Shown piece after piece: positions 35,761 through 45,521 of a DNA stretch of 62,190 nucleotides. Source of the DNA: a virus (taxonomy: Duplodnaviria > Caudoviricetes); the IMG/VR virus record IMGVR_UViG_3300031787_000118, positions 1-62,190 of that record; one strand, 5' to 3'. A model generated the notes under the pieces. It made no database searches and was not told where the DNA came from. It saw nothing but the letters and a program-made list of their open reading frames with translations. The stretch's first letter is position 1. Each line of letters starts with the position of its first letter. Position numbers and translations under genes: made by a program.

Positions 35761-38700
35761 TGGAAAAAAATGTAAATAGACCTCATAAGGGTATGATGCA
35801 GGATATTAATCCTGTTGACCAACCTAAAGAAACATACAGATATGCATTAAATGCTGTCAATGAAAGTAGTGATGGTAATAAAACTATATTACATAATGAA
35901 AAAGCAAATGAAGATTGTTGGTCATTAACTACTGGTTATTACCCAATAGGTAAAGTGTATACTCAAAACAATGAAGTAGTTATCTTTTCTACTAATGGCA
36001 CTAATAGTGAAATAGGTGTAGTTAAAGATTGTAACTATACTACTATAATTAACTCTGAATGTTTAGGATTTGATATTAAGTTTCAAATTGATGCAACATA
36101 CAGAGTTAGAAGAGGATGTGAAACTGTTATATATTTTACAGATAACTATAATCCTGTAAGACAAGTTAACTTAAACAAACTTGAAAACTATTATAGTGAT
36201 GCTTATATAACTTATTTGTCATCAGGTGACATTAACCCATTTGTAGGTGAAAAATGGAATTGTGATTTATTTGCACTTATTCCACCTTATTCTATTCCTT
36301 GTTTTAGTGATGCACAAATAATTACTGGTGGTCAATTAAATGCAGGTTCTTATAACTTTGCAATTCAATATTTAGATGAAGGATTTAATCCTACTCCTTG
36401 GATAATTACATCTCATCCTGTAAACATATATCATGATGATGTTAATGCACCATTTAATAATATAGATGGTTCATCTCAATTAGAAGCTGATGGATTAGGT
36501 GGTGTAGCTAACTCTACTAACAAAGCTATCAAGTTAGAACTTTCTAATTTAGATGATTCATTTACTTATTATAGAATTGCAGTAATTCAAGCTACAGGAT
36601 TTACAAGTAATGTAACTAAAACTGTAGTATCTTCAGAGATTCCAATTACTCAAGATATCTTTATTTATAATGGAGATTTGAATGGTTATACTGAAATATC
36701 TTCACAAGAAATCAAACCTGGAAGAATTGACTTAGAGTATGTTGCACATTTAGAACAATTAGAAAATAGACTTATACTTTTAAACACTAAAGGTAAACAA
36801 GTAAACTTCTGCTCATTTCAAAAGTTTGCATCTAAAATTCATTCTCGTTATGTAGTTAAAGAAGTAGATGCTACTGATATTGATGCTGTTGGTAATCCTA
36901 AAAATCCATTAACTCCATTTGAGTGTATGGGATTTATGGGTGGAGAAGTATATGCTCTTGGAATTGTTTATGTATTTAAAGATGGATTTGAATCTCCTGT
37001 TTATCATATACCTGGTCCATCTGCAAATCAAAGATGGAACTGGACTACAGAACTTTGTGAAGTAGTAGCAGATACTACACCTGTAACTCCTTGGAATTCA
37101 GATATAGAACACTTAGTACCTGCAAGTGATGCAGCAGCTTATAATGCACTTCCACCTGAAGATAAAATACCTAAATGGAGAGTGTATGAAACTGCTATAA
37201 ATGTAAGTGCTACTGAAGGACAAATGGCATATTGGAAATGTTCTAACTCTGTATATGAAGTAAAAGAAAGTTGTGATGGTGAAGATTATTGGGGTCAAGA
37301 TGTTTGTGGAAATGATTTAGTAAATACTTCAATTAGACATCATAGATTTCCTTCAAGAACTTTAGAACCTCATGTAGATAATGATGCTTCAGTACAATCT
37401 TATTATAAGTTAGAAGTAACTGTATCTTTAAAAGATGGACAAGTATGGCCTATAGGTATTCCAAGTATTGATTTAGATATTGACTATGATTATAATGGTG
37501 TACCTCAAACTACTTTTACAAAAACATTTGTTGAAGCTGATTTTGCATCAGGTTCTATTACATTTGTGGTAGATATTCAACCAGGTAATTCTCCTGCTAT
37601 TTTTACCAATGTTGTATTTAGTGGAACATTAGTTACAACATATCCTCTTGTATTTGATATAACTTATACTACTTTATTTGCTTATTCTAACTTTGTTGAT
37701 AATTCAGTAATAAGATTATTAGGTGTTAAGTTTAGTAATGTAGATTACCCTCATCCTGATATTGTAGGTCATTATTTTGTAAGAGCAGAAAGAGATTCTT
37801 TTAATAGAACTATTCTTGATTCAGGTATTGCAGGTAGAGCAAGAAGTAAAAGTACAAATGCATTTGATTATATTACTTTTTCATACTTTACAAATAACAA
37901 TAATGATGCAGAACATCATTATCTTTTTAATCCTAAGTTTCTTTACAATAAAGAAATATTAGTTCCTGATTATTTAAAAGTAGAATCAGAGTTTGATTTT
38001 AAAAATAAAGATTTAGGAAGTGAAAGATATGATGCTGTTGGTACATTTATCATAGATGTAGATACTCTTATAGAACATAGAATACAAAACTATGATGGAC
38101 TTGTATTAACTAATGGAGATAAGAATCATTCTAAAGAAAGAATGTTATCTTCTGATGCTCTGTCTTATGATGATAATTATGAACCTGGAAATAGACAATA
38201 TAATTTATCTCATTCTAATAGAGCACAAATGATTAAATTAGGAAGTTCTTTACCTAAAAATGGTGATGATATTCCTTATGTAACTCTTAGAGTAGATAGA
38301 GATGTGCATTGTAATCTTGATGCAATTAAGTATTATAAGATGCATAACTGTATATTTGAAGGAGATGAAAGAGCTGAAATATTTGGAGGTGATGTAGTCA
38401 TTACACCATTCATGTTAAACAATACGTTAATGAGAGAATTATTTAATTCTCCATTAGCAAGTGTGTTAAGTGCATTACTCATAGTTGGTGCTGCTGTTGC
38501 TACTATATTAACTGCTGGTGCAGCTTCTCCTTTAATTGTAGGAGCTGGTGCTGCATTAGGTGCTACTATATCTGCTACTGCTGCAACAACTGCTGTAGTA
38601 ATTACTGCTATAGTAGCTGCTGCAATTGGAGTAACTGCAACTGCTGTAAGTGCTTTATTCAAAGCTTATGCAGAAACAGATTTAGATGAATTAGCAGAAG

Positions 38701-40511
38701 ACTCTGAATTAGATGCACTTAATACTTCAGCTACATCTTTCCTTGCTTATGCTAATGAATCATTAGTAGGTCTTTATGTAGAATCTGAAATTAATACCTC
38801 TTTAAGACAAGTAGAAAATCATGGATGTGGTAATTACTATAATGGCACCTACTACATTAATGATTATTTCAGAGATAGAATAATGTACTATGACCAAGAT
38901 GAAGAAAAATGGTTACAAAAAGGAATAGTATGTCCTGAAATTTATCATTTCAACAAAGACTTTATGAGAATGGAAAAGGAAAAAGTATATTTTCCTTTAG
39001 CTAAATCTTATGATTGTTGTTCTGATTGTTTAGAAAGTTTTCCTTCAAGAGTTTATTATTCAGAACAATCTTTTCAAGAAGAATTAAGTGATAACTACAG
39101 AACTATTCTTCCTAATAACTACAGAGATATAGAAGCTGAACATGGAGAAATAACAGGAGTTGTAAGAAAACATAATAACTTATTTGTATTTTCTAAAGAA
39201 TGTTTATGGCATTTGCCTCAAAATGTACAACAAGGAGTTGTAAATGAAATAGTTACATTTATTGGAACAGGAGATTATTTTGCAATTCCTCCAAGAAAAG
39301 TATTAGATTCTGATATGGGTAGTGCAGGTACTTTGCACAAATGGAGTATTGTAAAATGTCCATTAGGAGTATTTTATGTTTCAGAAATAGAAAAATCTAT
39401 ATACCTTATTAGTGGAGCTGAAGGTGGAATTCAAAAAGTTTCATCTGAAGGAATGGATAATTGGTTTACTGAATATTGCAAGTTGTATCTTAACTTACAG
39501 TTTTATGATTTAACAGGTTATGAATTTCCTAATTTAAATAATCCTAATAATCCTGATGGTATAGGTTATCATTCTATTTATGACCCAAGACATAAAAGAG
39601 TATTGTTTACTAAAAGAGATTACTTACTTAAATCTCAATATGTAAATAACTTTTCAATAGTTTCAATTGTAGGTGGGGTACCTGAAACACCTCTTACAAC
39701 AGGTGCTGTATTTTATGATGATGTAGCTTATAAGTTTGCTGTAGCTACAGGAGCAGCTACATTTACTTATATATCTTTTGATTCTTCTTACTTTGAGAAT
39801 AAATCATTTACAATTAGTTATTCTTTAATTTCTCAATCTTGGGTTTCATTTCATTCTTATATTCCTTTGTTTTATTATAGTGACCAAAATACATTTTACT
39901 CTTCACTAAGTAATAAGATATGGAAACATAACATTAATGGATTGTATCAAAAGTTTTATGGAACATTATACTCACACATTATTGAAACAGTATCTGTATC
40001 TAATCCAATGATTACAAGATTGTGGGAAGATATACAATTACAAACTGTTGCAAGAAAATATAATAGTGCTTCAGATGAATATTTTGACCAATTAAATACA
40101 ACATTTAATTACATTACTCTGTATAATAGTAGACAAGTAAGTGGTGAGTTACAAATGATTGTTAAAAACTTACAAGCTAATCCTCAAAATTATTTCCTTA
40201 ACCAAACAGTAAACAGTAACAGTTCTATAGTTATAGATAGAAAAGAAAGAAATTGGCACATCAATGATTTTAGAGATATGAGAATTAATTATACAATTCC
40301 TATGTTTACTAAAGACTGGACTTCTGTTGGAGCATCTTACCCAATTGATAAAGTAGTTAATCCTACTGTAATTGATATAAATAAAGATTGGTCTGAACAA
40401 GAGTCTTTCAGAGATAAATATTTAATTATAAGATTAAGGTTTGCTAATTTTGAAGATATAGAATTAAGTACTAACTTTGTTATTGAAACTGAACAACAAT
40501 CTTTTAGATAA
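35760..40511 (+). CDS. Muzzle / tail stabilization protein
   Basis: 1583 aa; KGMMQD...YRYALN N-terminus, FTDNYNP, GEVYALGIVY, WVSFHSYIP, C-terminal RDKY. Confidence 0.8.
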   Translation: MEKNVNRPHKGMMQDINPVDQPKETYRYALNAVNESSDGNKTILHNEKANEDCWSLTTGYYPIGKVYTQNNEVVIFSTNGTNSEIGVVKDCNYTTIINSECLGFDIKFQIDATYRVRRGCETVIYFTDNYNPVRQVNLNKLENYYSDAYITYLSSGDINPFVGEKWNCDLFALIPPYSIPCFSDAQIITGGQLNAGSYNFAIQYLDEGFNPTPWIITSHPVNIYHDDVNAPFNNIDGSSQLEADGLGGVANSTNKAIKLELSNLDDSFTYYRIAVIQATGFTSNVTKTVVSSEIPITQDIFIYNGDLNGYTEISSQEIKPGRIDLEYVAHLEQLENRLILLNTKGKQVNFCSFQKFASKIHSRYVVKEVDATDIDAVGNPKNPLTPFECMGFMGGEVYALGIVYVFKDGFESPVYHIPGPSANQRWNWTTELCEVVADTTPVTPWNSDIEHLVPASDAAAYNALPPEDKIPKWRVYETAINVSATEGQMAYWKCSNSVYEVKESCDGEDYWGQDVCGNDLVNTSIRHHRFPSRTLEPHVDNDASVQSYYKLEVTVSLKDGQVWPIGIPSIDLDIDYDYNGVPQTTFTKTFVEADFASGSITFVVDIQPGNSPAIFTNVVFSGTLVTTYPLVFDITYTTLFAYSNFVDNSVIRLLGVKFSNVDYPHPDIVGHYFVRAERDSFNRTILDSGIAGRARSKSTNAFDYITFSYFTNNNNDAEHHYLFNPKFLYNKEILVPDYLKVESEFDFKNKDLGSERYDAVGTFIIDVDTLIEHRIQNYDGLVLTNGDKNHSKERMLSSDALSYDDNYEPGNRQYNLSHSNRAQMIKLGSSLPKNGDDIPYVTLRVDRDVHCNLDAIKYYKMHNCIFEGDERAEIFGGDVVITPFMLNNTLMRELFNSPLASVLSALLIVGAAVATILTAGAASPLIVGAGAALGATISATAATTAVVITAIVAAAIGVTATAVSALFKAYAETDLDELAEDSELDALNTSATSFLAYANESLVGLYVESEINTSLRQVENHGCGNYYNGTYYINDYFRDRIMYYDQDEEKWLQKGIVCPEIYHFNKDFMRMEKEKVYFPLAKSYDCCSDCLESFPSRVYYSEQSFQEELSDNYRTILPNNYRDIEAEHGEITGVVRKHNNLFVFSKECLWHLPQNVQQGVVNEIVTFIGTGDYFAIPPRKVLDSDMGSAGTLHKWSIVKCPLGVFYVSEIEKSIYLISGAEGGIQKVSSEGMDNWFTEYCKLYLNLQFYDLTGYEFPNLNNPNNPDGIGYHSIYDPRHKRVLFTKRDYLLKSQYVNNFSIVSIVGGVPETPLTTGAVFYDDVAYKFAVATGAATFTYISFDSSYFENKSFTISYSLISQSWVSFHSYIPLFYYSDQNTFYSSLSNKIWKHNINGLYQKFYGTLYSHIIETVSVSNPMITRLWEDIQLQTVARKYNSASDEYFDQLNTTFNYITLYNSRQVSGELQMIVKNLQANPQNYFLNQTVNSNSSIVIDRKERNWHINDFRDMRINYTIPMFTKDWTSVGASYPIDKVVNPTVIDINKDWSEQESFRDKYLIIRLRFANFEDIELSTNFVIETEQQSFR

Positions 40512-43111
40512 TGAAAAAGAAAACTAAAAATACACCAGGTTTGCCTACTTCTGTAATTAAAAATGAAACACTTAGAAGACAAAAAGAAAGACAAGATAGA
40601 AGAAGTCTTGATTTGGTAAGGAATACTTTTAAACCACGTTTATCTATTGAGGAACAATTTCAAAATCGACAAGATGAATATTTGATTAAACTCATGGGCA
40701 TAACCGATGAACAGTATCTAAATAAGGAAACTCCTTGGGATGATAAACAGAAGGAAAGAGCTGCCAAATATGATTATGTCAAGGAAGGAATGTATAATAG
40801 TATTGCAAATGACAAACGTGATGAGATATTAGATTTTAAAGGTGCTGCTTATCCTAAAGCTCCTACAGATGGTCAAACTATTATTGATAGGTATGAAATG
40901 GCTAAGAGTCATGGGATGTTAAAAGGTAAGAATCCTGAAACTTATGCAATGCCTGCTAATGAACGTAGAAAATCTGAAAATGCCCTTGCATCTTATGCAT
41001 TAGATGAACACATTTACAACCAACAAAAATCAGCATTTGGAAATCAAACATTTGAAGAGTTTTGGAATCAAAAAGGTAAAGATGCTATCAGTGTTATAAG
41101 TGATAATTTAAACAATGTAACTGAAATGAAAAAAAATAAATATCAAAAAATGGGAATGGGTGGGCAAGTATTTGATGTTGCTTCTGATTTATTAATAGGA
41201 GGAACTATGAATGCTGTTACTAATATGTTTAGAGATATTCAAAATCCTGAACATGAAAGTAGATTAACTACTAAAAATACAGGATTTGTAATGGCTAATG
41301 GTGGGCAAGTTCCTGTAGAAGTTGAAGGTGGTGAAACATTTCATTCTCCTAATGGACAAATGGGAGAATTTCAAGGGCCTAAACATGAAGCTGGAGGAAT
41401 ACCCACAGAACTACCTCAAGGCACTAAAGTATTTTCTGATAGACTTAAACTTGAAGGTAAAACAATGGCTGAAAGAAAAAAGAACAGAGAAAATAAAGTT
41501 AACAGATTAACTAAATTATTAGAAGCTAATTCTTCTGATGCATTAATTAAAAACAGTTTAAAAAGAACTCAAGCAATTAATGGTCTTGAAGAACAACAAG
41601 ACATGGATATTCAAGAAGGAGTTAACTTTTTACAAGGCAATCTTGAAAGTGTTAAGATGGCATTGGGTGGTTATGTTTCAGGTTTACCTAAGTTAGCTAA
41701 TGGTACACCTCCACAAGGAGTTGGTGATGGGGATATTTATAATCCTACATCTACACATCCTAATATTTACTATCGTAATAGTGGAGATAGTTGGTACACT
41801 TATGATGCAAAAAATCCAAAAGATGATTGGAAAATTGTTGACCCAAAACATTCAGCAATACCTCAATTAAATTCATGGAAAGGAAAACAAGATAAAATGT
41901 ATTTCCAATCTAATCCTGAATTTATGAAAGAGTTTGAAGGAATGACTACTGCACCATTGGGTGAAATTCCAGTTAATAACTTTATGCCAAATTTAGGAAC
42001 TAACATTCTTACTAATCCTGAACAACAGTTAAGTAATAAAATTCCTAACAATACAGGATTTCCTACTAAAAGAGCTTATAGTGTAACAGACCCAAATGCT
42101 GTAACTACTTTAAATCCTAATGAAAGGTTTGAAGGTACAGAAATGGTAGATGGTAAGATGATGCCTATCATAGGACAAAAAGGTGTTGCTAACTTATCAC
42201 CAATGCCAGGTATTAAAACTATAGGTAATGACCCATTTGATACACAAAACATTCAAGATATGGCATCAATGGGTGAATCACTTACTACACCAAATGAAGG
42301 AAGTTCATCTAACAAGTTAAAAGATTTAATTAAAAAACTTCAAGGTAGTTTAGGTGGTCAAGGACAAGGAGAAGATGGAGAGTTACCACTTACAAGAGGA
42401 GATGCTATGGGATTAGCAGGTAATTTTCAAGGTAAGTTTGGACCATTAGCAACTACACTTTTAAATAAGATGCAAACACCTGCAAATGTTAACATGTTTA
42501 AAGAGTATGGTACTGAAGGTTTAAGAGCTATGCAAGAAGCACAAGCACTTGCTTCTATAAATAGAGATAAGCAATTAGGAGATATTCAGTTAGCTGAAAA
42601 TACTTCAAGAAGTAGAAATAGAAATACTGCAAGAGGTGTTAATACTATGAGAAGTTTAGATATTGCAGCAGACATGGGAGCTACAGAAGCACAAGGAAAT
42701 GCTTATAATCAGTATGCTCAACAAATGATGCAACTCTTAGGACAAAAAGGACAAATGGAAAACCAACAGGATTCTATGGTTATGCAAGGAGAGCAACAAA
42801 GAGATTTAGCTGATAGACAAGATGTTGATAACTTCTATACTAACTTATCTCAAAATGTTGCTAACATGTCTGAGTTTACTCAAAAGACAGGTAGAGATTT
42901 GAATCAATCACAATACAATAAAGATGTAATGAGTATGATGCAATATCTTTCTAAGTATGGGGTAGCACCTGTTTATAAAAATGGTAAACTTGTATTAGAA
43001 CATAAAGGAAACAAAGTTTGGACAGAAGAAGAAAAGAAAGCTAAAAAAGCAGAAGCTAAAAATAAAGCAACTATTGAAGCAAATAATTCAGGAACAACTT
43101 ATACAGAATAA
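40511..43111 (+). CDS. Internal virion cargo (ejection) protein
   Basis: VEVEGGE...GPKHEAGG...VFSDRL motif, MxxGG repeats, Gln-rich coiled coil; follows the muzzle gene. Confidence 0.75.
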   Translation: MKKKTKNTPGLPTSVIKNETLRRQKERQDRRSLDLVRNTFKPRLSIEEQFQNRQDEYLIKLMGITDEQYLNKETPWDDKQKERAAKYDYVKEGMYNSIANDKRDEILDFKGAAYPKAPTDGQTIIDRYEMAKSHGMLKGKNPETYAMPANERRKSENALASYALDEHIYNQQKSAFGNQTFEEFWNQKGKDAISVISDNLNNVTEMKKNKYQKMGMGGQVFDVASDLLIGGTMNAVTNMFRDIQNPEHESRLTTKNTGFVMANGGQVPVEVEGGETFHSPNGQMGEFQGPKHEAGGIPTELPQGTKVFSDRLKLEGKTMAERKKNRENKVNRLTKLLEANSSDALIKNSLKRTQAINGLEEQQDMDIQEGVNFLQGNLESVKMALGGYVSGLPKLANGTPPQGVGDGDIYNPTSTHPNIYYRNSGDSWYTYDAKNPKDDWKIVDPKHSAIPQLNSWKGKQDKMYFQSNPEFMKEFEGMTTAPLGEIPVNNFMPNLGTNILTNPEQQLSNKIPNNTGFPTKRAYSVTDPNAVTTLNPNERFEGTEMVDGKMMPIIGQKGVANLSPMPGIKTIGNDPFDTQNIQDMASMGESLTTPNEGSSSNKLKDLIKKLQGSLGGQGQGEDGELPLTRGDAMGLAGNFQGKFGPLATTLLNKMQTPANVNMFKEYGTEGLRAMQEAQALASINRDKQLGDIQLAENTSRSRNRNTARGVNTMRSLDIAADMGATEAQGNAYNQYAQQMMQLLGQKGQMENQQDSMVMQGEQQRDLADRQDVDNFYTNLSQNVANMSEFTQKTGRDLNQSQYNKDVMSMMQYLSKYGVAPVYKNGKLVLEHKGNKVWTEEEKKAKKAEAKNKATIEANNSGTTYTE

Positions 43112-43113
43112 TC

Positions 43114-45480
43114 ATGGGAAGATTTTATAAAACAGCAACACCAAATAAAATAGATTTTATGTATCAGGTTCCTGAAAACATGATGCTAAAAGCTATTGAT
43201 GCTACAGACCAAAGAATTGCAGGTGATGAAGCAGCTATCTATGATTTATATGGAAAGCTGCAAGCTTCTGCATTAGAAAAAGATAAAGGAAGAAGAGATG
43301 AATTACTTAAAGGATATGAATCTAAGATAGATGAATTATCTCAAAAGTTTTATGAGAATCCTTTACTTTATTCTAACAACAAAGGAGTTACAAGACAGTT
43401 AGCTAAAGAGATTCATGAAGATTGGACAAGAGGAGAAATCTCTAATATAACTGGTAACTACAATGCAAGAACTGAATACATCAAAAGGTATCAGGAAGAA
43501 GTAACTAAAGGAAATGTAAAAGCTGCTGACTTTAACAATGCTTTAAGGTATTTTGATTCTCAATTTGGTGGTACTAATTATGATAAAGAAAAAGGTAAAG
43601 GTAACATTTATGGAACTGAAGACCTTGTTGCAAGAGTATCTGTAGAAGATATTGCTGAAAAAAGAGGAAAAGATTATGTATCTGATTTAGTAAAAACTTG
43701 GGGTGCACATACAGATGGACAATATATTTATAAGTCAGTAGATTCAAAAGAAACTATTCCTTATGAACATATTTTACAAGGAGTTTATAATTCTTTAACA
43801 AATGATAAAGATGTACAAGATTATTATAACCAACAAGTTAAGTTTGGTGTAATGACTCCTGAAGAAGTACAAGCAAGTTTACAAGTTGCTGCTGAAAGAG
43901 TTGCACAAAAATATGATAAAAATCATATTGAAAAAGGACAAACAGATATTAATGCTAATCCTTATGGTTTACAAAAACAAAAACATGAACTTGATAAGGA
44001 TATGCATGCTTGGAAAGATACTTATGAAAATCTTAAACTTATGCCTTCAGATAGAAATAATGAACAAGCAGGTTATGATGTTAGTATTGGTACATCAGTT
44101 CAAGAGATTGAAGGTAAGTTAAAAGATTTTGATTACAAAGCTAAAGAACCTTTAAATAGTTTAAAGTTAAACTTGTATAGTGCTTTAGATGGTAAGAATC
44201 TTAGTCCTGCTGAAAAAACAAAAATGAAGCAACAGATTGATGCTGCTTATGATGCTGCTAATTCAGGTAACTTTAATGCTCTTAATGAAGTAAGTGGACA
44301 ATTAGGTTATGGGGCAAAAGACCCTAAATCAGGTAAATGGGTAGGAACAGGTGTGTCAGAAGCTGAAAGTATTTATAGAAATTATTCTAATGCAGCTAAA
44401 AATGAAAAAACATTATTAGATGCTTTGAAGAAAACAGCAGAGGAAGATGCCAATATTGAAATTGGAAAACAAATAAATGCTTACAAAGAACAGTTAGTAA
44501 AACAAGGATATAAATTAGACAACCCTGATGGTACACCAAGTAGATGGTTCCAAGACCAAGTTGATAGAAGAAGAGCAGAACTTGAAAAGAACAAACCAAA
44601 TATGGTTACTCAAAAAGTTAACTCAACTTTAGCTGACCCTACATTCCAAAAATCTTATGAATCTGTTTACAGTACAGCAGGTAATTACTATGATATTCCT
44701 GAAGTTCATAAAAAGGTATTCAATGATTATATGCAGAACTTACCTAAGAACATGATGGATTTCATTGCAAGGAATGGTAATAGTAAAGTTATTAGAGGTG
44801 AAGTTAAGAAAGGAGATAAGATGGAAGCAACATCATTAGACCAATTGATTAGAGATGGATTTATTACTCATGAACAAATTGAAGAATTGAGTACTAACCC
44901 TGATGGTAAAATTACAGTAGCTTCACGTAGTGGAGGTAAACCTATTACATATAAAATTGGTGGAACAAGAGTAGTTCCTCAAGACTTACCTGGTGGTTTA
45001 GGAAGGAATGCAAAACAATTAACAATTGAAGTAGATGACCCTAATAGGAAAATTCCTCAAACAATTACTTTGTATGTTCCTGAAAATGACTTACCTTCGC
45101 CTGATGCAATTCAAGAAGTTTATAGAAGTCAAGAAGTTAATACTATTGCAGATGAAATGGAATTGTTTGCAAACATTAAATTTGGTAATGCTGTAGGTAA
45201 AAACAAAATTAGTGTAGAAGATGCAAACTACATCTCTCCTTATTCTGACAATGTTACTTATAATCGTTTTATGGTTTCAAGTGATGGTGTAAAAGGTTTA
45301 TGGACATTTCAAAGTGGTGGTAAAACAGTTAAGGTGTATGGTGATGCAGGTAAAGAAATGTATAAACAATCTTTAAGAGCTGCTGGTTTAGGTGATGCTT
45401 ATAACCCTGAAAAGATGAATGAATTAACTGGTGTTAAAACAAGTACATCAGGTAGTGAAAGTACTACAAGAGTAAGATAG
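43114..45480 (+). CDS. Internal virion cargo protein
   Basis: 788 aa between the cargo gene and the giant RNAP gene. Confidence 0.7.
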   Translation: MGRFYKTATPNKIDFMYQVPENMMLKAIDATDQRIAGDEAAIYDLYGKLQASALEKDKGRRDELLKGYESKIDELSQKFYENPLLYSNNKGVTRQLAKEIHEDWTRGEISNITGNYNARTEYIKRYQEEVTKGNVKAADFNNALRYFDSQFGGTNYDKEKGKGNIYGTEDLVARVSVEDIAEKRGKDYVSDLVKTWGAHTDGQYIYKSVDSKETIPYEHILQGVYNSLTNDKDVQDYYNQQVKFGVMTPEEVQASLQVAAERVAQKYDKNHIEKGQTDINANPYGLQKQKHELDKDMHAWKDTYENLKLMPSDRNNEQAGYDVSIGTSVQEIEGKLKDFDYKAKEPLNSLKLNLYSALDGKNLSPAEKTKMKQQIDAAYDAANSGNFNALNEVSGQLGYGAKDPKSGKWVGTGVSEAESIYRNYSNAAKNEKTLLDALKKTAEEDANIEIGKQINAYKEQLVKQGYKLDNPDGTPSRWFQDQVDRRRAELEKNKPNMVTQKVNSTLADPTFQKSYESVYSTAGNYYDIPEVHKKVFNDYMQNLPKNMMDFIARNGNSKVIRGEVKKGDKMEATSLDQLIRDGFITHEQIEELSTNPDGKITVASRSGGKPITYKIGGTRVVPQDLPGGLGRNAKQLTIEVDDPNRKIPQTITLYVPENDLPSPDAIQEVYRSQEVNTIADEMELFANIKFGNAVGKNKISVEDANYISPYSDNVTYNRFMVSSDGVKGLWTFQSGGKTVKVYGDAGKEMYKQSLRAAGLGDAYNPEKMNELTGVKTSTSGSESTTRVR

Positions 45481-45521
45481 AATAAAATAAACTTAAATAT
45501 TTAACTTTAAAAAGTTTAACA

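Noticed and set aside
38333-38662. Minus-strand Ala-rich 109-aa ORF
   Set aside because: Antisense mirror of the GCT/GCA-rich hydrophobic segment of the muzzle gene.
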